Shown: positions 39,336-49,019 of the stretch, piece by piece
Position numbering within the stretch: the stretch's first letter is position 1
How the letters are laid out: each line of letters opens with the position of its first letter
Assembly (NCBI GenBank): GCA_023266845.1
Contig: JAHFPH010000002.1
Coordinates: 1 to 62,785 of the forward strand
DNA: 62,785 bases
Direction of reading: 5' to 3'
Source of the DNA: Rhodospirillaceae bacterium
Lineage (GTDB): Bacteria > Pseudomonadota > Alphaproteobacteria > JAEULC01
The notes under the pieces: generated by a model
What the model saw: only the letters and a program-made list of their open reading frames with translations
What the model was told of the DNA's origin: nothing
Databases searched by the model: none
Translations under genes and position numbers: made by a program

Positions 39336-39397
39336 AGCATCGCGAACGCCGCGATGCTATTGACACCGCCCGCCCGGGAAAATTCCCGGGCGGGCGG
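39336..39397 (-). other. Two tandem GC-rich stem-loops between the hypothetical gene and the ECF sigma gene
   Basis: AGCATCGCG/CGCGATGCT (39336-39358, 9 bp) and CCGCCCGCCCGGG/CCCGGGCGGGCGG (39366-39397, 13 bp). No clear U-tract, so they could be an attenuator, a terminator or an RNA-stability element. Confidence 0.3.
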
Positions 39398-39417
39398 CGC
39401 CAGTTGCCGCCAGGGGT

Positions 39418-39828
39418 CTAGGATACCGCCCGGAAGCGGGCGGGGAAAGCGGGGGCCAGCGCGCGGCGCCAGCGCCTGAGCGTCAGCTCGGCGTCGGCCG
39501 GGCGGACCAGGTCGAACAACTCGGCCAGTTGCTGCGGCCAGTCGGCGCCGCATAGGCCGGGCGCGGGCATGCGCTCGATCGTGGATTGGATCACGCGATA
39601 GGCGTCTTCGAACTCGTTGCGCGAGAAGCCGGCGGCGCGGCACGACACGGTCAGGCGCGCGCCCGCGCGCTCGTGCACCATGTTGCGCACCTCGGCGATG
39701 CGCAGATTCAAACGCCGCGCCAAGCCCGCCTCGAACAGGTGATAGTCGCCTTGGCGCAAATGGCCGATCAGCGCCGCCGGTTCGGTGGCTGCATCGGTCG
39801 TGGTCGCAAGGCGGAGCACGGCGGCCAT
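39418..39828 (-). CDS. Hypothetical 136-aa protein
   Basis: ORF with ordinary coding composition. Co-oriented with and upstream of the ECF pair. No family recognised with confidence. Confidence 0.5.
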   Translation of the reverse strand: MAAVLRLATTTDAATEPAALIGHLRQGDYHLFEAGLARRLNLRIAEVRNMVHERAGARLTVSCRAAGFSRNEFEDAYRVIQSTIERMPAPGLCGADWPQQLAELFDLVRPADAELTLRRWRRALAPAFPARFRAVS

Positions 39829-40012
39829 CGGGGCTCGTACCTCGAGCTTCGGGAAATGGCCGTCCTGGCCATGCGCCTGAATGCATTCCGGCGCATAGCG
39901 AGCCTATGCCCCGTCGCTTACCGCCCGGTTAACCCGATTGGTTAATGAAAGAGTAAATGCCGCGCGCCGCCTTGGCTTGCCGCGGAATTTTGCCAGGGCC
40001 AAAGTAGCTCGC

Positions 40013-40576
40013 ATGACCGTGAAGCCACCGCCCTCGCTCACGCCCGGTTCCGGCCGCGGCCCATCCCTGCGCGCCGTGCCCGAGGGCGACACGCGCGAGC
40101 GCCTGATCTGCCCGGATTGCGGCTTCGTGCAGTACGACAATCCGAAGATCGTCGTGGGATCGGTGATCGCGGTCGAGGGCAAGATCCTGATGTGCCGGCG
40201 CGCGATCCCGCCGCGCAAGGGTTTCTGGACCCTGCCTGCCGGCTATCTGGAGCTCAATGAAACGCCGCATGACGGCGCGCGGCGCGAGGCCTGGGAAGAA
40301 GCGCGGGCGCGCATAACGCTGGATGCCTTGCTGGCGGTCTATTCCATTCCGCGCATCAGCCAAGTGCAGATGATCTGGCGCGCGCATCTGGCCGAGCCCG
40401 GCTTCGGCGCCGGGCCGGAAAGCCAGGAAGTCGCGCTGTTCGACTGGGGCGATATCCCGTGGGGCGAGGCTGCCTTCCCCTCCGTGCGCTGGGCGCTGAA
40501 CCATTTCCACGAGCTCAGCGGGCAGCAGATCTTCACCCCGCGCGGCAATCCGCCGGGCGAAACCGGCGATTTTTAG
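40013..40576 (+). CDS. NUDIX hydrolase
   Basis: Nudix box GYLELNETPHDGARREAWEEARA (Gx5Ex7REUxEExGU). N-terminal CPDCG element. Start chosen at MTVKPP. Confidence 0.85.
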   Translation: MTVKPPPSLTPGSGRGPSLRAVPEGDTRERLICPDCGFVQYDNPKIVVGSVIAVEGKILMCRRAIPPRKGFWTLPAGYLELNETPHDGARREAWEEARARITLDALLAVYSIPRISQVQMIWRAHLAEPGFGAGPESQEVALFDWGDIPWGEAAFPSVRWALNHFHELSGQQIFTPRGNPPGETGDF

Positions 40577-41412
40577 AGACTGACCGCGACCAGGCCCGAA
40601 ACGACCAGCACGCATGCGGCGATGCGGCGCGCATCCAGCTTCTCGTTCAGGAACGCCGCGGCGAACAACGCCGCCACCAGCGCCTGCGTCTCGCGCAGCG
40701 CCGCGACTGGCGCCAGCGGCGCAAGGCTGAGCGCCCACAGCACCATCGCATAGGAAGCGCCGACGCAAAGCCCGCACAGGATTTGCAGCGGCAGCTCGCG
40801 CCAGGGCAGCGCCAGCACCCTGCGCCCGCGCGCGAGAACCGCCAGCAGCAGGATCGCCGCGCCTTCCAGAAGATTGATCCAGACGATGTAACCGAGGGTC
40901 GATTGCGCGCGGTGCAGCCCCACGAAATCCATCGCGGTGGCGCCGCCCAGGAACACGGCGGCGAGAAGGGCCACCGCCGCGCCGGCAAACCCGCGCGTTG
41001 TCAGCACGGCGCGCGATGCGCCCAGAACGGCGAGGCCCATGGCGATCGCGCCGATGCCCGCCATCGCCGTCGCGGGCAAAGGCAGGTCCAGCCACAGCAG
41101 GCCGGCCGCCGCCGCGGCCGGCACAGCACCCGCGCGCGCGATGGGATAGGCCACGGTCAGCGCCAGGAACCGCCAGGCCAGCAGCAGCGACAGGATGTAG
41201 CCCAGATGCAAGCCGATCGACGCGGCCATCCAGGGCCAGGCCTCGGATGCGGGCGCGGTGACGACGCGGGCCAGCCCTGCCGCGATCAGCGCGGGAAGCA
41301 GCATGCCCACGACCGCGGCCATCGCCGGATCGCGGCTGGCGCGGCCGGCGGCGCCCCAAACGCCATGCAGGAAGGCGGCGACCAGGACCAGGGCGATCAG
41401 CTCGGCCTGCAT
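40573..41412 (-). CDS. EamA/DMT-family transporter
   Basis: 279 aa, about 10 hydrophobic helices in two similar halves. The 3-prime end overlaps the convergent NUDIX gene by 4 nt. Confidence 0.8.
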   Translation of the reverse strand: MQAELIALVLVAAFLHGVWGAAGRASRDPAMAAVVGMLLPALIAAGLARVVTAPASEAWPWMAASIGLHLGYILSLLLAWRFLALTVAYPIARAGAVPAAAAAGLLWLDLPLPATAMAGIGAIAMGLAVLGASRAVLTTRGFAGAAVALLAAVFLGGATAMDFVGLHRAQSTLGYIVWINLLEGAAILLLAVLARGRRVLALPWRELPLQILCGLCVGASYAMVLWALSLAPLAPVAALRETQALVAALFAAAFLNEKLDARRIAACVLVVSGLVAVSL

Positions 41413-41424
41413 CGCCTACCCGTG

Positions 41425-41514
41425 GTCCTCATGCTTCGCCCTTCGACAGGCCCAGGAGGCTCAGCATGAGGACCGAAAGAATGTCCTCGTCCTGAGCCTG
41501 TCGAAGGACGATGG
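41425..41514. repeat. REP-like palindromic element, second locus (copies C and D)
   Basis: Hairpin C: 11-bp stem GTCCTCATGCT (41425-41435) / AGCATGAGGAC (41463-41473), with a loop containing CCTTCGACAGGCCCAGGA. Hairpin D: TCGTCC (41487-41492) / GGACGA (41506-41511), with loop TGAGCCTGTCGAA, one mismatch from copy B at 35901-35912. Confidence 0.7.
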
Positions 41515-41521
41515 GCAAAAT

Positions 41522-42454
41522 TCACTCCAATCCCACCAGCGCGCGCGCGAAGCTTTCGGCCTGGAACGGGCGCAGATCGTCGATCCCCTCGCCCACGCCG
41601 ACCGCCAGGACCGGAAGACCGAAGCGCTTGACCAGCGCCACCAGCACGCCACCGCGCGCCGTTCCGTCGAGTTTCGTCACAATGAGTCCGGTGACGTTGA
41701 CCATCCGCTTGAAGATCTCGACCTGCTGCAGCGCGTTCTGGCCGATGCCCGCGTCCAGCACCAGCAGCACGTCATGCGGCGCGGTGGGGTCGACCTTGCC
41801 CAGCACGCGCGCCACTTTCTGCAACGCCGCCATCAGGTCGGCTTTGTTGTGCAGCCGCCCGGCCGTGTCGATCAGCAACAGATCGTCGCCCCGGCGTTTG
41901 GCCTGTTCCAGCGCGTCGTACGCGAGGCCCGCGGCATCGGCGTTTTCGTTCCCCGCCACGACCGACGCATCGGCGCGCACGCCCCAGATTTTCAATTGCT
42001 CGACCGCCGCGGCGCGGAACGTGTCGCCCGCGACCAGCGTCACTTTCGCGCCGCGTTCGCGCGCCTGCTTGGCGAGCTTGCCGATGGTGGTGGTCTTGCC
42101 GCTGCCGTTGACGCCCACCACCAGCACGACATGCGGCTTGTGCGCGGAACCCAGAACCGGCGGACATTCGGCCGGCTGCAACAGCAGTGCGATTTCGCCC
42201 GCCAGGGCCTGGCGCAACTCCCGGTCGCCGACGTCCTTGTCGTAGCGGTCCTTGGCGACGGCCTGGACCAGCGCGCGCGCCGCGTCCGGGCCCAGATCGG
42301 CGGCGATCAGCGCGTCTTCAAGCTCGGCTTGCGTCGCGGCGTCGAGCCGCCGCCTGGTCAGCGCGCCCGAGATGCCGTCGCCGAGCTTGGCCGAGCTGCG
42401 CTTGAGCCCCGCAGCGAGGCGCTTCAGCCAGAAACCGCCCCGATCCGCGCTCAA
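41522..42454 (-). CDS. ftsY: Signal recognition particle receptor FtsY (short form, no acidic A domain)
   Basis: NG domain: VVGVNGSGKTTTIGKLA, LIDTAGRL and TKLDGTARGG. Confidence 0.92.
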   Translation of the reverse strand: MSADRGGFWLKRLAAGLKRSSAKLGDGISGALTRRRLDAATQAELEDALIAADLGPDAARALVQAVAKDRYDKDVGDRELRQALAGEIALLLQPAECPPVLGSAHKPHVVLVVGVNGSGKTTTIGKLAKQARERGAKVTLVAGDTFRAAAVEQLKIWGVRADASVVAGNENADAAGLAYDALEQAKRRGDDLLLIDTAGRLHNKADLMAALQKVARVLGKVDPTAPHDVLLVLDAGIGQNALQQVEIFKRMVNVTGLIVTKLDGTARGGVLVALVKRFGLPVLAVGVGEGIDDLRPFQAESFARALVGLE

Positions 42455-42464
42455 AGCTCCGCGC

Positions 42465-43730
42465 TCACGCCGCCAGTTGCTCGCTCGGGCGCGCGACCAA
42501 CTCGCCGCCGCGCAATTCCAGCCGCGCGGCGACGACCTGCCCGGCCGCGAGCCCGGGCGCAGCCACGCGCACGGGCGTGTAATCCTCGGCCCGGCCCCGG
42601 CCCGGCCCTTCGATCAGCACGCGGTCGAGCTGGCCGGCGCGGCGCGTAAGATGCCGGGCCAGTGCGGCCTCGCCCGCTTCCCGCAGCGCCCTGGCGCGTT
42701 CGCGCACGAGATTTCCCGGCAACTGCTTCATGCGCGCGGCCGGCGTGCGCTCGCGCGCGGAGAACGGGAAGACGTGCAGGAACGACAGGCCGCAATCCGC
42801 GACCAAGCGCAGCGTGTTGGCGAACATCGCGTCGGTTTCGGTCGGGAAGCCGGCGATCAGATCGGCGCCTAGGGCTATGCCCGGACGCAGGCGCCGCGCG
42901 CGTTCGCACACCTCGACCAGATCGGCGCGCAGGTGCCGCCGCTTCATGCGCTTCAGGATCAGGTCGTCGCCGGCCTGGGCCGAGAGATGCAGATGCGGCA
43001 TCAGCCGCTGTTCGTCGCCGACCAGCCGCCACAGGTCTTCGTCGATCTCGACCGGATCGAGCGAGGACAGGCGCAGCCGTTCGAGCTCCGGCACCAGCTT
43101 CAGGATGCGCCGTAAAAGCTGGCCCAGCGTCGGCGAGCCGGGCAGATCGGCGCCGTAGGCCGTCAGGTCCACGCCGGTCAGCACGATCTCGTTGATACCG
43201 GAAGCGACGAAAGCGCGCGCCTGATCGACCACCGCGCCGGCCGGCAGGCTGCGGCTGGGCCCGCGGCCATAGGGAATGATGCAGAAGGTGCAGCGATGGT
43301 CGCAGCCCTGCTGCACCTGCAGGAACGCGCGCGCGCGATTCTCGAACCCTCCAAGCAGGTGTCCGGCGGTTTCGCGCACCGCCATGATGTCGCCGACCGC
43401 GACGCGCTGGGCAACCGCCGACCAGGGCGCGAAGGTTTCCACGCGCATCTTCTCGGCGTTGCCGATCACGCGATCGACCTCGGGCATGGCCGCGAAACGC
43501 TGGGGAGAGATCTGCGCGGCGCAGCCCGTGACGATGATGGTGGCCCCGGGCCGCGCGCGCCGCGCCTTGCGGATCGCCTGGCGCGCCTGGCGCTCGGCTT
43601 CGGCAGTGACGGCGCAGGTGTTGACGATCACCGTGTCGCCCGCGCCGGCACGCGACGCAAGATCGCGCATCACCGCCGATTCATACGCGTTGAGGCGGCA
43701 GCCGAAGGTGATGATTTCGGTTTCGGCCAT
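42465..43730 (-). CDS. mtaB: Radical-SAM methylthiotransferase, MiaB-like (MtaB, ms2t6A)
   Basis: N-terminal FGCRLNAYES, radical SAM CDHRCTFCIIPYGRG, and a C-terminal TRAM-like region. Confidence 0.85.
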   Translation of the reverse strand: MAETEIITFGCRLNAYESAVMRDLASRAGAGDTVIVNTCAVTAEAERQARQAIRKARRARPGATIIVTGCAAQISPQRFAAMPEVDRVIGNAEKMRVETFAPWSAVAQRVAVGDIMAVRETAGHLLGGFENRARAFLQVQQGCDHRCTFCIIPYGRGPSRSLPAGAVVDQARAFVASGINEIVLTGVDLTAYGADLPGSPTLGQLLRRILKLVPELERLRLSSLDPVEIDEDLWRLVGDEQRLMPHLHLSAQAGDDLILKRMKRRHLRADLVEVCERARRLRPGIALGADLIAGFPTETDAMFANTLRLVADCGLSFLHVFPFSARERTPAARMKQLPGNLVRERARALREAGEAALARHLTRRAGQLDRVLIEGPGRGRAEDYTPVRVAAPGLAAGQVVAARLELRGGELVARPSEQLAA

Positions 43731-43733
43731 GGC

Positions 43734-44588
43734 TCAACCCAGCAGCGCCGGGTCGATCTTGCCGGTGAAACTGATCGAGACCGGGCCGGTCATCAGGACG
43801 GTTCCGTCCTGCTTCCACTCGACCTCCAGTTCGCCGCCGTCCAGCGCGACCGTGGCCTTGCGTTGGGTCAGCCCGCGCCTGATCGCGGCGACCGCGGCCG
43901 CGCAGGCGCCGGTGCCGCAGGCCAGCGTCAGCCCCGCGCCGCGCTCCCACACCCGCAAGCGGATGCGCGACGGCGCAAGAATCTGCGCCACGCCGATATT
44001 GGCGCGCTCGGGGAACATTGCGTCGTGTTCAAGTCGCGGACCCAGCGCGCGCATGTCGATCGCCTGGACGTCCGGCACGAAGAACACGGCATGCGGGTTG
44101 CCCATGTTGACCGAGACCGCGTCTTGCAGCGGCCCGGCGGAAACCGGCACGTGGTTGGTGTCGCATTCGCGCGCCAACGGAATGTCGCGCCAGCCGAGCC
44201 GTGCCTGGCCCATGTCCACCGTCACGCGGCCGTTCTTGGCCGAGACGGCATCGAGCGAGCCGGCGGCGGTTTCGATCACGGCGTCGCTTTTGCCTTTCTC
44301 TTTCATCACCAGCGCCGCCACGCAGCGCGCGCCGTTGCCGCAGGCCGCGACCTCGCCGCCGTCGCTGTTGTAGATGCGCATGAACACGTCGGCCTTGCCG
44401 TTGCCGGGCTTTTCCAGCACGAACAACTGGTCGCAGCCCACGCCCGCGCGCCGATCGGCGATGGCGCGCACCGCCTCGGCGCTCAAGCGCACCGGGTGGT
44501 TGCGGCCGTCCAGCACGACGAAATCGTTGCCGAGCCCGTGCATTTTCACGAATTCGAGCCCGGCTAGGGCGGAAAACCCGTCGATCAT
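43734..44588 (-). CDS. dapF: Diaminopimelate epimerase
   Basis: FVKMHGLGNDFVVLD, active-site CGNGARC and a second Cys in ACGTGACA. Start at MIDGF. Confidence 0.92.
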   Translation of the reverse strand: MIDGFSALAGLEFVKMHGLGNDFVVLDGRNHPVRLSAEAVRAIADRRAGVGCDQLFVLEKPGNGKADVFMRIYNSDGGEVAACGNGARCVAALVMKEKGKSDAVIETAAGSLDAVSAKNGRVTVDMGQARLGWRDIPLARECDTNHVPVSAGPLQDAVSVNMGNPHAVFFVPDVQAIDMRALGPRLEHDAMFPERANIGVAQILAPSRIRLRVWERGAGLTLACGTGACAAAVAAIRRGLTQRKATVALDGGELEVEWKQDGTVLMTGPVSISFTGKIDPALLG

Positions 44589-44676
44589 GGGTGGGTTATA
44601 GGCCGGCCTGGGCCAAACCGACAAGCCGACGCGACCGGCCGGATAGCCGGGGACAGGCCGACGTAAAGGGGTGGGG

Positions 44677-45099
44677 CTACTCGGCCTTCTGGCGGTGCAG
44701 GCCGCGAATGAAGGTCATCAGGCGCTTGCGCAGCTTTTGCGCCTTGATCGCGTAATAGGCGTCGAGCAGGTCTTGCGTCTCGCGCGCGCCCATCAGGTCG
44801 GGCGCGAAGGCGGCGCGGTTCTCGGAGGCGATCTTTTTCGGGATCGCCGACTTGATCGGCGGCTGCGGCGGCAGGTCGTCGAAGAAAAAGGACACCGGCA
44901 CGTCCAGCACCTTGCTGAGCTCGAACATGCGGCTGGCGCCGATGCGGTTGGTGCCGCGCTCGTTTTTCTGGATCTGCTGGAAGCTGACGCCAACGGACTT
45001 GGCCAGGATCTTCTGGCTCATGCCCAGTTGCACGCGGCGCTCGCGCACGCGCTTGCCGACATGCACGTCGATGGCGTCGCCTGCGGGTCTACGGCTCAC
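44677..45099 (-). CDS. XRE-family (HTH_3) transcriptional regulator
   Basis: VGKRVRERRVQLGMSQKILAKSVGVSFQQIQKNERGTNRIGASRMFELSKVL plus a C-terminal helical extension. Confidence 0.85.
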   Translation of the reverse strand: MSRRPAGDAIDVHVGKRVRERRVQLGMSQKILAKSVGVSFQQIQKNERGTNRIGASRMFELSKVLDVPVSFFFDDLPPQPPIKSAIPKKIASENRAAFAPDLMGARETQDLLDAYYAIKAQKLRKRLMTFIRGLHRQKAE

Positions 45100-45325
45100 G
45101 GATACCTTCCTCCAGAAAGCGTTAACGAACAGGACGTTTGAGTTTGAAAGAGTTCCCGGTAGATGCCGGAAGTTGTTGCCACATTACGAGATTTTTCAGC
45201 GAATTCAACCAGTGCGTTAATAATACTCGCTTATGAAACCCCGTGTTTTGCTTATAAGCCGCGGCGAAGGGCGGATAAATTTGCCTGTTTTCAAAGCCGG
45301 ATATTCTGCGCGGGCGGAATTGCGT

Positions 45326-45718
45326 CTATTGCGACCGCAACTCTGCGGCGATTCCACGCAGCAGGCGGATGATGTCCTGCCGCGTGCCGGTGTCGCGGAT
45401 GGAATGGAAAGCGTCGATAAGGGCCTGGGTTTCGGCGGTCCAGCCAGGGGGGCTGGATGGCGGCAACCGCCGATCCGCCGCCCGCCGCTTCCGGCATATC
45501 CGCGAACAACCAGGATGGGGGCTTGCCGAGCGCGGCGGCGAGTTGAAACAGGCTGCGCGCGCTGAGCCGGGTGGCACCGCGCTCCCATGCCGCGCAGCTT
45601 GACGCTCGATACCTGGACCACTAGTCTCCGCCGCGTTTTCGGGCAGCACGATCTGCCGCGTCCGCGCCCAGGGGGCCTTCCCCGGGCAGATGTCCGCCAG
45701 TCCGCGAGTATCGCGCAC
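45326..45718 (-). pseudogene. Decayed paralogue of the adjacent XRE regulator (in-frame stop plus frameshift)
   Basis: One frame reads ...AAWERGATRLSARSLFQLAAALGKPPSWLFADMPE, which parallels ERGTNRIGASRMFELSKVLDVPVSFFFDDLP of the neighbour. That frame is cut upstream by TAG at 45621-45623. The conserved C-terminal helix ETQALIDAFHSIRDTGTRQDIIRLLRGIAAE (neighbour: ETQDLLDAYYAIKAQKLRKRLMTFIRGL) lies in a different frame. The switch coincides with a G6/C6 run at 45447-45452. Confidence 0.45.
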
Positions 45719-45753
45719 TGGCGCGTTTTCGCTTGGAGCAACGGTTTTAAGCC

Positions 45754-47130
45754 ATGTTCGAGAGCCTGACCGGCAAATTGGGCGAAATTCTGGAGCGCCT
45801 GCGCAAGCGCGCGGCGCTTTCGCCCGCCGATGTCGACGCGGCGCTGCGCGAGGTGCGCGTCGCGCTGCTGGAAGCCGATGTCGCGCTGCCCGTGGTCAAG
45901 GACTTCGTAGCTAAGACCCGCGACAAGGCCATGGGCCAGGACGTGCTGCGCTCGGTCACGCCCGGACAGATGGTGATCAAGATCGTCCACGACCAGTTGG
46001 TCGAGTTGCTGGGCGGCGGCGACGCCTTGAGCGAAAACGCGACCGGCGTCGATCTGAACGCCCCGGCGCCGGTGGTGATCCTGATGGTCGGTCTGCAGGG
46101 TTCGGGTAAAACCACGACCACCGCCAAGCTTGGCCTGCGCATTAAGCAGCGCGCGAAGAAGAAGGTGCTGATGGCCTCGCTCGACACGCAGCGCCCGGCC
46201 GCACAGGAACAATTGGCGGTGCTGGGCCGCCAAGCCGAGGTCAAGACGCTGCCGGTGGTCCAGGGCCAGCCGCCGCTCGACATCGCCAAGCGCGCGATGA
46301 TGGCCGCAAGGCTCGAGGGCTACGACGCGGTGCTGCTGGACACCGCCGGCAGGCTTACCATCGACCGGGCGCTGATGGACGAAGTGGCGGCGGTGCGCGA
46401 CGCAACGCACCCGCACGAAACGCTGCTGGTGGCCGACGCCATGACCGGCCAGGACGCGGTGAACCTGGCGCGCGGCTTCGACGAAAAAGTCGGGCTGACC
46501 GGCATCGTGCTGACGCGCGTGGACGGCGACGCGCGCGGCGGCGCCGCGCTGTCGATGCGCGCGGTCACCGGCAAGCCGATCAAGCTGATGGGCGCGGGCG
46601 AGAAACTGGACGCGCTGGAGCCGTTCCATGCCCAGCGCATCGCCGGGCGCATCCTGGGCATGGGCGACGTGGTTGGGCTGGTGGAGAAAGCGGCCGAGAC
46701 CATCGAGCGCGAGGATGCCGAGAAGCTGGCGCTGAAGGCGCAAAAGGGCCAGTTCGACATGGAAGACCTGGCCAGTCAGCTCAAGCAGATGCGCAAGATG
46801 GGGGGCTTACAGTCGATGATCGGCATGCTGCCGGGCATCGGCGCGATGCAAAAGCAGATCGCCAACGCCAGGGTCGACGACAACATGGTCAAGCGCCAGG
46901 AAGCGATCATCCAGTCGATGACGCTGAAGGAGCGGCGCAACGTGAAGCTGTTGAACGCCTCGCGCCGCAAGCGCATCGCCGCCGGCTCGGGCACCTCGGT
47001 CCAGGACGTGAACCGGCTGGTGAAGCAGTTCGAGGACATGAGCCGCATGATGAAGCAGATGGGCAAGCTTGGGCAGAAAGGGTTGATGCGCCACGGCCTG
47101 GCGGGCCTGGGCATCGGCCGCCCGCGCTGA
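45754..47130 (+). CDS. ffh: Signal recognition particle protein Ffh
   Basis: [34 protein letters not shown], and a Met-rich M domain [20 protein letters not shown]. Confidence 0.95.
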   Translation: MFESLTGKLGEILERLRKRAALSPADVDAALREVRVALLEADVALPVVKDFVAKTRDKAMGQDVLRSVTPGQMVIKIVHDQLVELLGGGDALSENATGVDLNAPAPVVILMVGLQGSGKTTTTAKLGLRIKQRAKKKVLMASLDTQRPAAQEQLAVLGRQAEVKTLPVVQGQPPLDIAKRAMMAARLEGYDAVLLDTAGRLTIDRALMDEVAAVRDATHPHETLLVADAMTGQDAVNLARGFDEKVGLTGIVLTRVDGDARGGAALSMRAVTGKPIKLMGAGEKLDALEPFHAQRIAGRILGMGDVVGLVEKAAETIEREDAEKLALKAQKGQFDMEDLASQLKQMRKMGGLQSMIGMLPGIGAMQKQIANARVDDNMVKRQEAIIQSMTLKERRNVKLLNASRRKRIAAGSGTSVQDVNRLVKQFEDMSRMMKQMGKLGQKGLMRHGLAGLGIGRPR

Positions 47131-47207
47131 TCCAACATCGAAACCGAAGACAAGCGAACCCGGACATCGTCCAGGCATCATCTAAGAAGGAAAGGATTCG
47201 AACCGAC

Positions 47208-47648
47208 ATGAGCTTGAAAATCCGCATGGCCCGCGGCGGCGCCAAGAAGCGCCCGTTCTTCCGCATCGTGGTGGCCGATTCGCGCAGCCCGCGCGACGGC
47301 CGTTTCATCGAGCGCATCGGGTCGTACAACCCGATGCTGCCCAAGGACCACGCCGAACGCGTGGTGATCATGGAAGATCGCGTGAAACATTGGCTCGGCG
47401 TCGGCGCCAAGCCGTCGCACCGCATCGCGCATTTCCTGTTCGAGCGCAAGCTGGGGCCGAAGCCGGAGATTCCGCAGTCGACGGTGCAGCACATCCCCAA
47501 GGTCCAGCGCCGCGCGGCCAAGCCCGCGGACGGAGCCGAGGGCGGCGACAAGAAGCCGGCGGCGGCGAAACCGGCCGCCGAGGCCAAACCCGCCGACACC
47601 AAGCCCGCTGCGGCCGAGAAACCGGCCGAAGCCAAGCCGGCGAGCTGA
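47208..47648 (+). CDS. rpsP: 30S ribosomal protein S16 with an Ala/Lys/Pro-rich C-terminal extension
   Basis: [42 protein letters not shown]. The tail is ...[32 protein letters not shown]. Confidence 0.93.
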   Translation: MSLKIRMARGGAKKRPFFRIVVADSRSPRDGRFIERIGSYNPMLPKDHAERVVIMEDRVKHWLGVGAKPSHRIAHFLFERKLGPKPEIPQSTVQHIPKVQRRAAKPADGAEGGDKKPAAAKPAAEAKPADTKPAAAEKPAEAKPAS

Positions 47649-47674
47649 GGCTTTAGGAGGCTAACGGACGACGG

Positions 47675-48304
47675 ATGCGGATGGACACGGCCATGCAAGG
47701 CGAAAGCCCAGGCAGGCGGCAGGCGGCGCAGAACGCGCCGGGCGACGCGGCCGCTCGGCCAAGGCGCGTGTGCGTCGGCATCATCGTCGGCGCGCATGGC
47801 GTGCGCGGCGCTGTTCGGGTGAAAAGCTTCACCCAGGAAGCGCGCGACCTGACCGCCTATGGCGTGCTGACCGACGAGCAGGGCAACCGGCGCTTCGCCT
47901 TGCAGCCGATCGGCGCGACGCGCGGCGCGGTGCTGGCGAAGCTGGAAGGCGTGGCCGACCGCGACGCGGCCGAGGCGCTGCGCGGCGTGCGCCTGTATGT
48001 CGAGCGCGACGCCTTCCCCAAGACCGGCGCCGACGAGTTCTACCGCGCCGACCTGGTTGGGCTTGCCGCCAAAACCAAGGACGGTGCTGTGCTGGGCCGG
48101 GTGCGCGCGGTCGAGAATTTCGGCGCGGGCGACCTGATCGACATCGAGCTTGCCGCGGGCGGCAGCGCCTATGTGCCGTTCACCAGGGCGGTCGTGCCGC
48201 TGGTGGATCTGGCCGGCGGCCGCATCGTGGTCGATCCGCCGGAAGGCTTGCTGCCCGGCGATGCGCCGCCTAAGCAACGCAAAAACGCGCGGAGGCCGCG
48301 ATGA
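47675..48304 (+). CDS. rimM: 16S rRNA processing protein RimM
   Basis: [20 protein letters not shown] and a PRC-barrel C-terminus. The start is uncertain (ATG at 47675, 47681 or 47693). Confidence 0.85.
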   Translation: MRMDTAMQGESPGRRQAAQNAPGDAAARPRRVCVGIIVGAHGVRGAVRVKSFTQEARDLTAYGVLTDEQGNRRFALQPIGATRGAVLAKLEGVADRDAAEALRGVRLYVERDAFPKTGADEFYRADLVGLAAKTKDGAVLGRVRAVENFGAGDLIDIELAAGGSAYVPFTRAVVPLVDLAGGRIVVDPPEGLLPGDAPPKQRKNARRPR

Positions 48305-48996
48305 GTTGGCAGGCGGTGGTGCTGACGCTGTTCCCGGACATGTTCCCCGGGCCGCTGGGCCTGTCGCTGGCGGGCCGCGCGCGCGACGGCACGCTGTGGT
48401 CGCTCGACGCGATCGACATCCGCGCGCATGCCGCCGACAAGCATAAGACCGTGGACGACACGCCGTTCGGCGGCGGGCCAGGCATGGTGATGCGCCCCGA
48501 CGTGATCGACGCGGCGCTCGCCGCCGCCGAGGCGAGGCATGGGGCGCTGCCTGCGATCTACCTTACGCCGCGCGGCGCGCCCTTGACCCAGGCGCGGGTG
48601 CGCGAGCTGGCCAAGGGGCCGGGCGCCATCGTGCTGTGCGGACGATACGAGGGCGTGGACCAGCGCGTGATCGACAAACGCCGGGTCGAGGAATTGAGCC
48701 TGGGCGACTTCGTGCTGTCGGGCGGCGAGCCGGCGGCGATCGCGCTGATCGACGCCTGCGTGCGGCTGCTGCCCGGCGTGGTGGGCGCGGCCGAGACGCT
48801 GGCCGAGGAAAGTTTTGAGCGCGGGTTGCTGGAATACCCGCATTTCACCCGGCCCGCCGACTGGGCCGGACAAAAAGTGCCCGAGGTGCTGCTCAGCGGG
48901 CATCACGAGCGAATCCAGGCCTGGCGGCTTGCCGAGGCCGAACGGACGACGCGCGAGCGCCGCCCGGATCTATGGTCGCGCTACAAGGCGGCCTGA
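48301..48996 (+). CDS. trmD: tRNA (guanine37-N1)-methyltransferase
   Basis: [31 protein letters not shown] and [16 protein letters not shown] overlap with rimM. Confidence 0.93.
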   Translation: MSWQAVVLTLFPDMFPGPLGLSLAGRARDGTLWSLDAIDIRAHAADKHKTVDDTPFGGGPGMVMRPDVIDAALAAAEARHGALPAIYLTPRGAPLTQARVRELAKGPGAIVLCGRYEGVDQRVIDKRRVEELSLGDFVLSGGEPAAIALIDACVRLLPGVVGAAETLAEESFERGLLEYPHFTRPADWAGQKVPEVLLSGHHERIQAWRLAEAERTTRERRPDLWSRYKAA

Positions 48997-49019
48997 AGCG
49001 AAGCAACAAGGATAGTGCC

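Noticed and set aside
39360-39365. Perfect TTGACA hexamer on the plus strand, a possible sigma-70 -35 box
   Set aside because: No -10-like element follows at 16-18 nt (GC-rich hairpin sequence instead). The next plus-strand gene starts 650 nt away.
39927-39945. Direct repeat GGTTAA-N7-GGTTAA in the divergent intergenic region between the 136-aa ORF and the NUDIX gene; a possible operator
   Set aside because: Only two 6-mers, with no extended symmetry and no second copy elsewhere in the window. It is too short to separate from chance without comparative data.
47186-47203. GGATTCGAACC, a T-loop-like string (GGTTCGAATCC on the minus strand) that could mark a tRNA
   Set aside because: The flanking bases cannot form a T-stem (GTCGG versus CCTTT), and no acceptor or anticodon arms can be drawn. 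It is part of the rpsP leader and Shine-Dalgarno region (AAGGAAAGGA).
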